A stretch of 64,000 nucleotides of DNA from Saccharolobus islandicus REY15A (lineage in GTDB: Archaea; Thermoproteota; Thermoprotei_A; Sulfolobales; Sulfolobaceae). The DNA is taken from NCBI RefSeq assembly GCF_000189555.1, contig NC_017276.1; one strand, 5' to 3'. This document shows, one piece after another, positions 22,997-30,825 of this stretch; positions within the stretch are counted from its first letter, which is position 1; each line of letters starts with the position of its first letter. Both the position numbers and the translations under genes were made by a program. Under the pieces are notes generated by a model. It worked only from the letters and a program-made list of their open reading frames with translations. It had not been told where the DNA came from and did no database searches.

Positions 22997-23136
22997 TTTT
23001 TTCTAAGTAGGTTTTGTTAGGTAGTTTTTTGAGTCTGAGACACTCCTTAGGAGCCCTTAATTCAGACTCATTAAAATAGTCTGTGCTACAGAGTTAAAAT
23101 TAGGAAATATCTGTCAGACAGAGAGATAAAAACCAA

Positions 23137-23430
23137 TTAGCTTAGGAGTTTCTCTATTTTAGTCAGCTTAGGTATGATGTCGTCTTTATATGCACCACTA
23201 GGAATATATGTTATGCCGTTTCTAAAGTTCCTCTCATTTAATGGATACCTTGTTAAGTAGTCTTCCATTTCTCTTAGCAATTGTTTAGCCTCTGGTGGAG
23301 CACTGTCCATGTTTACTAACTCGTCAATATATTAGAATATCTTCTTTGCTAAAGGCTTAGTAACCGGATAAGCATTATTTACTAAATTATCTGGAGTAAA
23401 GATTCTCTTTGTAAATAATGTAAAGAAGCC
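23137..23430 (-). pseudogene. C-terminal remnant of an unknown protein
   Basis: About 95 codons open except one TAA (GFFTLFTKRIF...KKIF*YIDELVNMDSAPPEAKQLL...KLLS*). Confidence 0.35.
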
Positions 23431-23622
23431 TTTGCATCGGCGTAATATAGTTTTCTAGAACTTACGGTTTAGCTCTATTGCTCCTCTTACTTTTTTGTTA
23501 TATTTAAGGTTTGTTTCTCTTAACTGTTACTTTTTGGATAATGAATTTAAAGGGAACTCTGACTAACTTTCTGTCTAAATTTTTTATGCACTCCGTGTAT
23601 TTTAATATTAGGGTTACTGGTT

Positions 23623-24084
23623 ATGTTAATCGATGACAGAATTTATCGCTTAATTAAATTACTGCTTTGCACTGCTAAAGAGGAGAATACAGAGGTTACT
23701 GCAACTAAACTGCAGAAGATTTTCTTTTTACTTGAGAAGGAGAAAGGGATTCAACTAGGACTGGATTTTAAGCCCTGGTTCTTCGGTCCTTATTCATCAA
23801 AACTACAAGATTATATTGATAAACTAATCGAATCAGGAGAGGTTGATGTTGAAGAGGAGGAAGTAAGAGATCCATTGAGCGGAGTAATAATAGGGTACAA
23901 GAGGAATTACGTTTTAAAGAGTGAGTTAAAGCCTGAGGAAGAGGAAAAGGAGATTGAGATGTTTTTCAGAGAATGGGTTAGGAAGAGTAGGACTGAGATT
24001 CTAAACTACGTCTACAAGAAATACCCGGAATACGCTAAATATTCCATGATTAGAGACAAAGTTTTAAGTAGGTTACAAGAATGA
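23623..24084 (+). CDS. DUF4065/Panacea (SocA-like) antitoxin-domain protein
   Basis: TKLQKIFFLLE...FKPWFFGPYSSKL signature. Confidence 0.75.
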   Translation: MLIDDRIYRLIKLLLCTAKEENTEVTATKLQKIFFLLEKEKGIQLGLDFKPWFFGPYSSKLQDYIDKLIESGEVDVEEEEVRDPLSGVIIGYKRNYVLKSELKPEEEEKEIEMFFREWVRKSRTEILNYVYKKYPEYAKYSMIRDKVLSRLQE

Positions 24085-25064
24085 AGAAGAAGAGGAAGTC
24101 GACTTTTGTTAACTTCCTCTTAAACTCCTTAAGCTTTTTCGATACTACACTAGCTATATACGAAAGTATTCAGAAAGGAGAAAAACCGTATTCAGACATA
24201 AAGTCTCTAGAGGAGCAAAAGATTTTTAATACTGCGAGATCTTTCGAAACCTTAAGTAAGGCCTTTCTTGCAACGTATGGTACACTGATAATTTATCCGG
24301 CCCTTTTGATATCCGTAGTAAAGAAGGGACATGTTAAAGCACCGAGACATTTTCAGAAAATGATTAATTCATTGAATATCTTAATAAGACAAGCCTTAAA
24401 CCGTGAGAAGATTATCGAAAAATTAGGTCACGACCCTATGGGAAGATCTCAAATTCCAGATCTTCTGTCAGCAACCGCGAAACTCTTAGAACAAATCAGG
24501 GAAAAACATTTAGCGGAAATTTATAAAAGCTTATCGAAATATTTAAGAGAGTCAGCTAATCAAAGAAGCTATGATAAACTACTAGAATTGAGAAAGAGAA
24601 TTATAGCCGCAGTCCAATTTAAAGACGCATACAAACAACTACTTGATATAATTGAAAAGTGTATAGAAAAACGCATGGAAGACGAGATTTGCAAAAACTT
24701 GCCAAATGAAAGCGAGCTATTATTAAACTTTTACAAAGAAAAACCATATTTAATCGATCAAGTAATAACAATGCTAGATCTAGGTTTCCAAGAACTTTTC
24801 GATAGTTTGCTATACACAGCCTATTTAGCTAGGGCTGCTGAAACTGCTGATTATATAGTAGGGAGGGAGGAAATAGATGAAAAGTATTTGGAAGAAGTTA
24901 GAGACCACCAAAATGAAATGATAGAGTTTATGAAAGGTATGGCAGAAATTAATAGGGAGTTGGTAAAAGCTGATGAATTAGATGAATTTATGGCAGAAGT
25001 TGAGAGTGAAGCAAGAAAGGAACTACAAAAAGAGACGGAAAAAGAGAAATCGAATAATTCTTAG
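24081..25064 (+). CDS. HEPN-like alpha-helical protein, candidate toxin
   Basis: IFNTARSFETLSKAFL resembles HEPN F.AQQA.EK.LKA.L; later KLGHD; ATGA overlap with the DUF4065 gene. Confidence 0.55.
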   Translation: MKKKRKSTFVNFLLNSLSFFDTTLAIYESIQKGEKPYSDIKSLEEQKIFNTARSFETLSKAFLATYGTLIIYPALLISVVKKGHVKAPRHFQKMINSLNILIRQALNREKIIEKLGHDPMGRSQIPDLLSATAKLLEQIREKHLAEIYKSLSKYLRESANQRSYDKLLELRKRIIAAVQFKDAYKQLLDIIEKCIEKRMEDEICKNLPNESELLLNFYKEKPYLIDQVITMLDLGFQELFDSLLYTAYLARAAETADYIVGREEIDEKYLEEVRDHQNEMIEFMKGMAEINRELVKADELDEFMAEVESEARKELQKETEKEKSNNS

Positions 25065-25446
25065 GGAATTTATTATGAAGAGAAAGAGAGGCTTTTTACA
25101 CGCCAAAAGCAGCAAAGCACTCTGGGCCTAAACTTTCATTTTACTCTTTTTGTAACTCAAGCTTTCAGTAGTAGTAAATACTATAGGTTGGATTTTGCAT
25201 AATATTCGGCTAAGCTAATAAGAGGGAATAAAATAATTATTGTTATGGAATACCATGCGGCTAGCTACGCGCTATATGCGGCTTCATGGCTGTACGAAGG
25301 TGAACTGATAAATGTCACTAACTCAGTGCAGACCAGACGAATTTGCATGCCCTTATTGCGGGGGATGTAATCATATGCCCAGGGTAGGTACGCTTCTAAG
25401 TCTAAGATAAAGGATGAACTAGACCTTATACCATGGGGTAAGTTAG

Positions 25447-26457
25447 ATGATTAGAAATGTGAAAGCTTGTATTAACCTTTTAGAGTGTATTGATAAGAGA
25501 ATAGATAGGATAAAGATTGCAGTAGCTTACGTTAAACTTTCCGGTGTAGAAAAGCTCAGTAGTTTATTAAAAAACGTTAGTGAATGCACTATTGTTACCT
25601 CATTAGATTTTGGGATTACTGAATTAGAAGGGATTAAGAAGTTAAAGGAAGTAGGATGTTCTGTATACATTTACAATAATAGGAAAGAGTTTCATCCAAA
25701 AGTTTACTTATTCGAATCAGAATCACAGAAGTTTGCAATAATAGGTTCCTCGAACCTAAGTGATGGTGCATTAACTGGGAAGAACGTTGAATTTAACCTT
25801 ATGACAAGCGAAAAGAATTTGATAGATTGTGTGGAATCGTTCATTAATAATTTAATAAGTGAGTCAATACTAGTTGATGATAATATATTATCAATTCTTG
25901 AAAGCGGGGGATATAACAACATTAGGCGTGAAAGTTATGATAAGACTGGTTGGAATATTCTTCCTAAGATAAATAAGAATTATTACTGTGAGAAGTTTAA
26001 AGAATTATACAATACTATTCAAGAATACAGGGAAAGGAGTGAATTAAACAGGGAGAGGTCAAGTATCCATAAAATGGCATTGTATAAATTAATTTGCGAT
26101 TTATCTTCTTACGGTTTAAATGTTAATTTGAATGAGGATAAAACCAGAGGTAATGCAGATGCTATTATAAAGGCCGGTAATGAGGTAAAAGTAGTTATTC
26201 AGGGAATGATATTAAATAATAAAACTGCAATCTTACATAAACTAGACGGTTTTGATTACTTTATAATTTTGCTAATTACTAGTCCTATGACATCAGAATA
26301 TTATATATTAAATAAAAGCGAAATAGATAAATTGATTAGAGAGAATATAATTACTTATAATAAAAATATTCAAGCATATAGAATATTTCCTAAAATTTAT
26401 GAAAAATATAGAAGCACATTAAACGAGTTTGTAAATACAATAGTAGGAAGTTCATAA
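25447..26457 (+). CDS. Phospholipase D-family (HKD) nuclease, NgoFVII/BfiI-like, with uncharacterised C-terminal domain
   Basis: IAVAYVKLSGV, TSLDFGITE, FHPKVYLF...IIGSSNLS...NVEFN. Confidence 0.82.
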   Translation: MIRNVKACINLLECIDKRIDRIKIAVAYVKLSGVEKLSSLLKNVSECTIVTSLDFGITELEGIKKLKEVGCSVYIYNNRKEFHPKVYLFESESQKFAIIGSSNLSDGALTGKNVEFNLMTSEKNLIDCVESFINNLISESILVDDNILSILESGGYNNIRRESYDKTGWNILPKINKNYYCEKFKELYNTIQEYRERSELNRERSSIHKMALYKLICDLSSYGLNVNLNEDKTRGNADAIIKAGNEVKVVIQGMILNNKTAILHKLDGFDYFIILLITSPMTSEYYILNKSEIDKLIRENIITYNKNIQAYRIFPKIYEKYRSTLNEFVNTIVGSS

Positions 26458-26580
26458 GTATATTAATCGTAAGTTAAGAATATAGTGTATAAATTAGAGT
26501 GATTTATTTCCTCTATTATGCGCAATATAGTTGTGGTTACTTAGTCTTGATGCATACACTATTATCCGGGCTTCGGAATT

Positions 26581-27054
26581 ATGGCACCGAAAGTAAGACA
26601 GAGTAGCACACAGAACGGAGGACAGGGTAACACTAACCAGAGAGTGATTACGGTTCCTGCCAGCATAGGGAGGCCTACAGGACCTATGGGTATAATAGGG
26701 AGGGTAAGGAATAGAGGCACCGGTACTATAGCCAGGGACGATATAGCCGGAGACAACTTAGAGAGAAAGCCCTACGTACCAAGAGGTTACAAGGTGACGG
26801 AAGAGAAGGACGAAGTAGCAGGTTTTGTACACATGAGGGAGTGGCAAATTAAGGAGACGAGGACGCATGCATTGACTTCGGGGCTTAAGGAGAACTATAA
26901 AGCTGCAGCAAAAGAGTTAGCTAAATCGCTGTCAGTAAAGTTTGACGACCTAATGCAAAAGTACACTGGAATCAGACCTATAGAGGCAGTAAGGAGGGAG
27001 GTTGGAGACTTAGGGAAGAGAAAAACCGAAAGAGTAGAAAAATATAATAAATAA
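26581..27054 (+). CDS. Hypothetical protein (GC-richer, possibly the C-terminal part of a longer gene)
   Basis: 157-aa ORF; frame stays open 10 codons upstream of the ATG. Confidence 0.55.
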   Translation: MAPKVRQSSTQNGGQGNTNQRVITVPASIGRPTGPMGIIGRVRNRGTGTIARDDIAGDNLERKPYVPRGYKVTEEKDEVAGFVHMREWQIKETRTHALTSGLKENYKAAAKELAKSLSVKFDDLMQKYTGIRPIEAVRREVGDLGKRKTERVEKYNK

Positions 27055-27101
27055 CTTCTCTCTTTTTAATCCTTATATATTATTTTGAGGAATCTTTATA
27101 T

Positions 27102-27545
27102 ATGGAGCAGATAATCGAATTTCCTGATATTTTAAAATTAATAGAACACAATAATTTGCCAACCGAAATATATGCACCCGACGGAACCCTGTTGATGAAG
27201 CCATATGGAACGTGGGGAGAACAGCCGTTAGTGCTAAACAGAAAAGTTTGGAGAGTATTTGCAAACTATAGTCTAACAAGTGACGATGAAATAGTCCAAG
27301 TAAACACCACTGGTCAGTTGATTAGAGTAGGAAAAGATGTAGATACAAACGAAATATTGGGCTATGTTAGGAGGTTTAACCCTGGGGCAACGGTAGAGGA
27401 AGTGATATCTGCAATCCTTGAACGTGTTATAGAGGATACTGGGCAATTTAAGAATGATGATGAATTCATGAGCTATGCGTTCTTATTGTATTTAACTCTA
27501 GCTTATGCTATTCATTACGGCCTTCTAATTCTCGTAAAAGATTAG
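27102..27545 (+). CDS. Hypothetical protein
   Basis: Intact 147-aa ORF with C-terminal hydrophobic helix. Confidence 0.7.
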   Translation: MEQIIEFPDILKLIEHNNLPTEIYAPDGTLLMKPYGTWGEQPLVLNRKVWRVFANYSLTSDDEIVQVNTTGQLIRVGKDVDTNEILGYVRRFNPGATVEEVISAILERVIEDTGQFKNDDEFMSYAFLLYLTLAYAIHYGLLILVKD

Positions 27546-27555
27546 ATTTTTTGAA

Positions 27556-27571
27556 TTAACTCCCCAGTTTA
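27556..27571 (-). repeat. Conjugative-plasmid recombination motif copy
   Basis: Reverse complement TAAACTGGGGAGTTAA (15/16 to TAAACTGGGGAGTTTA). Confidence 0.7.
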
Positions 27572-27580
27572 CAGACAGTT

Positions 27581-27619
27581 GAAAGCCTCGCCCCTTCTAG
27601 GGACGGGGAGGAAGCCGAC
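27581..27619 (+). mobile_element. IS200/IS605-type right-end hairpin remnant
   Basis: GAAAGCCTCGCCCCTTCTAGGGACGGGGAGGAAG GC-rich hairpin with the GGGGAGGA tail typical of Sulfolobus tnpB IS ends. Confidence 0.55.
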
Positions 27620-27681
27620 ATTATTCTTACAAATATTATTTCTGAAGAGATAATAAATGGGCAAAAATAAAAACAGAAAAG

Positions 27682-27689
27682 TTTTTAAA
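27682..27689 (+). promoter_or_regulatory. TATA box (TTTTTAAA) with purine-rich BRE upstream of C/D sRNA-1
   Basis: GAAAAG-TTTTTAAA about 25 nt upstream of the 5' stem at 27714-27716. Confidence 0.6.
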
Positions 27690-27715
27690 TGTGTTTTTAC
27701 AGAAGTAGAAAACGG

Positions 27716-27792
27716 GGGATGAGGGGATGATGAGCACGACACGAGTTGATCTATGATAGGACGCCGTTGCTCTGACCTGACCCCCTCATCCC
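27716..27792 (+). ncRNA. Box C/D guide sRNA-1 (element-borne)
   Basis: C ATGATGA 27727-33; 12-nt guide GCACGACACGAG; D' TTGA; C' ATGATAG; 12-nt guide GACGCCGTTGCT; D CTGA 27772-75; 11-bp terminal stem GGGATGAGGGG/CCCCTCATCCC. Confidence 0.82.
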
Positions 27793-27917
27793 TAATTCAT
27801 TACTTATCTTTTCAACTATTAAGCTTTTCTTTCATTGAATTTTGAAAAATTGTATTGAAAGAAGTATAAGCGCTTATCTTTGGATCCCAGCTTTCTTTAT
27901 GCGTTAGAAAAATTGTA

Positions 27918-27933
27918 TAAACTCCCCAGCTTA
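27918..27933 (-). repeat. Conjugative-plasmid recombination motif copy
   Basis: Reverse complement TAAGCTGGGGAGTTTA (15/16). Confidence 0.7.
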
Positions 27934-27946
27934 CCTAGTAAAAATT

Positions 27947-28174
27947 CTATTTAACTTTCTTTTCTAACTCCTCTACCCTCCTCTTCAATTCTTGCAGTTC
28001 CTTAACTATTTCTTCCAAACTCACTTTACTTCCTTCCTTTTCCTTCATATAACACTCAAAAGCGTCTTTCAGCACTTCATACACACTCACTTTCCTTTTC
28101 TCAGCCTCATCTACTATCTTCTTCCATAACTCTTCATCCGGGAAGTAAACCGATTTGTAACCGGGTCTGGGCAT
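27947..28174 (-). CDS. Ribbon-helix-helix (CopG-like) regulator with C-terminal coiled coil
   Basis: KSVYFPDEELWKKIVDEAEKRKVSVYEVLKDAF RHH pattern; heptad tail LEEIVKELQELKRRVEEL. Confidence 0.8.
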   Translation of the reverse strand: MPRPGYKSVYFPDEELWKKIVDEAEKRKVSVYEVLKDAFECYMKEKEGSKVSLEEIVKELQELKRRVEELEKKVK

Positions 28175-28192
28175 TTTTACCTCAATATACTT

Positions 28193-28264
28193 TATTGTAC
28201 TTCAATATAAAAACCTTATTGTACCACAATGTACTGCAGAATTTAGGTATGTGAAAGTACAATA
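28193..28264. promoter_or_regulatory. Divergent promoter with three TATTGTAC boxes
   Basis: TATTGTAC at 28193-28200 and 28217-28224; inverted GTACAATA at 28257-28264; extra GTAC at 28231 and 28267. Confidence 0.6.
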
Positions 28265-28270
28265 TGGTAC

Positions 28271-28344
28271 ATGGGGGGTCAGATGACGAATGGAGCGAGA
28301 ACTGATCCAATGATGAACCAGTTACGAACTGACCCGTCCCTCAT
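28271..28344 (+). ncRNA. Box C/D guide sRNA-2 (element-borne)
   Basis: C ATGACGA 28283-89; 12-nt guide ATGGAGCGAGAA; D' CTGA; C' ATGATGA 28310-16; 12-nt guide ACCAGTTACGAA; D CTGA 28329-32; complementary termini; T-rich tract downstream. Confidence 0.85.
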
Positions 28345-28524
28345 TTTTCCTTTTATGAAATAAGAGATAAAAAGAGTTGCGTAAACTAAGGAGTTAACGC
28401 TTTGAAACGCCTATCGCTTTCTGCTATCACTCTATTCTTCTTTTCTTTTACAAGATGATTCTATTTCTACTTTTACGTGCAACACAAAACGTTTTCTAGT
28501 CACGTTTCACTGAAATGCTATCTA

Positions 28525-28569
<45 letters not shown>

Positions 28570-28680
28570 AATTTTTAATTAAATTGAAAGAGAGTTGCAT
28601 TCTCCATGGAGATAAGGAATTTGCAACAGCAAAGGATATTTTTGTAACACTCTCACCATTTAATAATAGAATGTGAGATT

Positions 28681-28770
28681 ATGGTAAGGATTGACATAAA
28701 TAAATTAGATAGCGAGAAAAAATCCGAATATTAAAGAAAGCTACAGAAAAAAAGGATTAAGTTACGTTGT
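28681..28770 (+). pseudogene. int: Frameshifted N-terminus of a second pNOB8-type integrase
   Basis: MVRIDINKLDSEKK/IRILKKATEKK/GLSYV, homologous to the start of 7154; about 110 bp after the att copy. Confidence 0.6.
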
Positions 28771-29149
28771 GGGTCATTCACGCATTCTTTGCGAATTCAG
28801 TTTATTTAAAGAATCGTAATGAATTTAATCAAACACCACCCCACTGACTAGGTGGAGATTCACGCTCAGCAGTTTACTTTGTTTTATCCATCTTATTCAT
28901 GAATTACAATTCACAAAAGAGACTTGAATCGCCCATTCACCCAATTTCGCCGGAGCTCTTAAATAACATAATAAGATTACATAGAATTCTGAAAATGTAA
29001 AGTTTCAAAATTGGATCGGACAAGAATTGATTAACGTTACTGATCCATTATGGGAATTTTTAACAATCAGTTACGTAGATGGTAGAATATGATTCTAAAA
29101 TAAGATAGAAAACACATATTAATATTGTAATCAGTGCATGAATGGCTCG

Positions 29150-29482
29150 TCATCTTTTCTCTGTTTCTTCTTCCTCATCACTTAGGAATTTATTTAGAAA
29201 TTCGTCCACATATTGTTTCTCTCCAAATATAACTATATCATCAATTGCTTCATCATAATACTTTTTAATTTTATTTATCAGATTTGTCATGTTATATATA
29301 TCGAAGTCTAGAACTTCTCCTCCAGATAATTTATCCTCTTCGTATACGATTATTATCATGTTTTTATATACGGAAAATCTAAACGCAGATATTATCTTGC
29401 CGTCTTCAACTTTTTTATAGAGCATTATTAACATTAGGGGTTCTGTGATTCCATGCCTAGTGTATTCAGCATGTTTTATCAT
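29150..29482 (-). CDS. Conserved hypothetical protein
   Basis: Start moved to MIKHAEY to avoid overlap with the upstream gene; acidic C-terminus. Confidence 0.7.
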   Translation of the reverse strand: MIKHAEYTRHGITEPLMLIMLYKKVEDGKIISAFRFSVYKNMIIIVYEEDKLSGGEVLDFDIYNMTNLINKIKKYYDEAIDDIVIFGEKQYVDEFLNKFLSDEEEETEKR

Positions 29483-29513
29483 GAAATAATAAGAAGAGAG
29501 AGTGAATATATTT

Positions 29514-30500
29514 TTACTCTTGATTCTTCTGAATGTACTTTTCATAGAACGAGATTGCTTTTCGTAGATTAGACACCTCTTCCTCATAACTGGCTAGCTC
29601 TGAATAAGCCCTAGCTAGGAAAAGGTAGTCTTGAAGTTTTTCAGCAGTTTCTATTGCCTCTTTAAGAAATTGTACTATCTTCGTTCTCTTGTAAATGTCA
29701 TAGAGGATGTTTAGCTTGTCTTTACTATCCTCAAGATTTTTTATCTTTTCTAATATTTCCACAAGCAAAGATGGGTCTCTATTCGATAGTTTGTATAGTG
29801 GTTTTAATTGACTATTGTAATCTCCAAGTTTTTCATAAATTTGGATCGCTTTTCTTAGATCTTCCTCATTATCCGATATTGAAAGTATATCCGCTAGAAT
29901 TTTTTCATTTCCTAAAACTGTTGCAATACTTTTCGCCTTTTCTAGTAGTTTAGTGTCATTATAATATTTAGCTAATGCAGCATATGTTATTGCGAGATCC
30001 TCAGAGGGAATTTCGAATTCTTCCAACAATTCTCTCGCTTCTTCTACATATTTGATTTCCCCTAATGCTAGACAAACTTTCGCCAATAGTTTTTTGCTTA
30101 GCGCATTTATCTCTTCTTTCGAGTTTAATACTAAGCTTTTTAGTGTGTTATACGCGTTTGATAGCTCCCCTTTTTGAAAATAAGCTAAAGATAAATTATA
30201 TAGAATGATATTTTTATCTTCATTATTTAGATTATACTCGCTAAGTAATTCTTTAAAGGTTAAAATTGCAATATCTGGCTTTCTTTTCTCTAGATATATC
30301 AGCCCCAAAAAATTTAGGATAGTAGGGTTTTTCTTCTCAATTTCATTTGCTATAGATAATGCTCTATCTAGGAACTCCATATTTTTATATTTTTTATAAA
30401 GATTATAATATTCTTGAATAAGTGTAGTATATAGAATATTTCTCTTCTCCTTGTTCTTCTCCTTTTTTAGTTGTTCTTCAAGCTCTGCTATTCTTTCCAT
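29514..30500 (-). CDS. Tetratricopeptide-repeat protein
   Basis: Repeated helical TPR-like units (LNFLGLIY, YNLSLAY, LARAYSELA). Confidence 0.8.
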   Translation of the reverse strand: MERIAELEEQLKKEKNKEKRNILYTTLIQEYYNLYKKYKNMEFLDRALSIANEIEKKNPTILNFLGLIYLEKRKPDIAILTFKELLSEYNLNNEDKNIILYNLSLAYFQKGELSNAYNTLKSLVLNSKEEINALSKKLLAKVCLALGEIKYVEEARELLEEFEIPSEDLAITYAALAKYYNDTKLLEKAKSIATVLGNEKILADILSISDNEEDLRKAIQIYEKLGDYNSQLKPLYKLSNRDPSLLVEILEKIKNLEDSKDKLNILYDIYKRTKIVQFLKEAIETAEKLQDYLFLARAYSELASYEEEVSNLRKAISFYEKYIQKNQE

Positions 30501-30669
30501 TTTCGTAAAATTAGGAAAGGAAGCATAAAATTATTATGGAAACATTAGTATTTTTCATATAACTGTATAATTAATGCATTATATATTTAATAGGCCTTAA
30601 TAGTTTCAAGGATTGTCTTTTCTTAGAGTTTGATAAAATATTTAAACCTTCTTTTACTAATACATTTTT

Positions 30670-30825
30670 ATGCCAGTTGAAGAAGTTGTAAAGGTTTCTC
30701 GTAACTATCAAGTAACAATACCAGCAAAAGTAAGACAGAAATTCCCAGTAAAGGAAGGAGATTTAGTTAAGGTAATTTACGATGAAAACGAAGGAGTTGT
30801 AAAGATTCAGATTTTAAAGAGCTAA
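30670..30825 (+). CDS. AbrB/MazE-family small DNA-binding protein (Sso7c4-like), not in ORF track
   Basis: [51 protein letters not shown]; TATA TTTAAA upstream. Confidence 0.88.
   Translation: MPVEEVVKVSRNYQVTIPAKVRQKFPVKEGDLVKVIYDENEGVVKIQILKS

Noticed and set aside
27716-28344. Canonical bulge-helix-bulge motifs at the ends of the two C/D sRNAs
   Set aside because: Only half-motifs can be drawn (GACC-TGA-stem in sRNA-1; GGTC/GACC helix with 4-nt bulge in sRNA-2); not a strict BHB.
28380-28524. Intact int(C) fragment at the right end of element C
   Set aside because: Frame continuing from att stops after 9 codons; no R-H-R-Y motifs in nearby frames.
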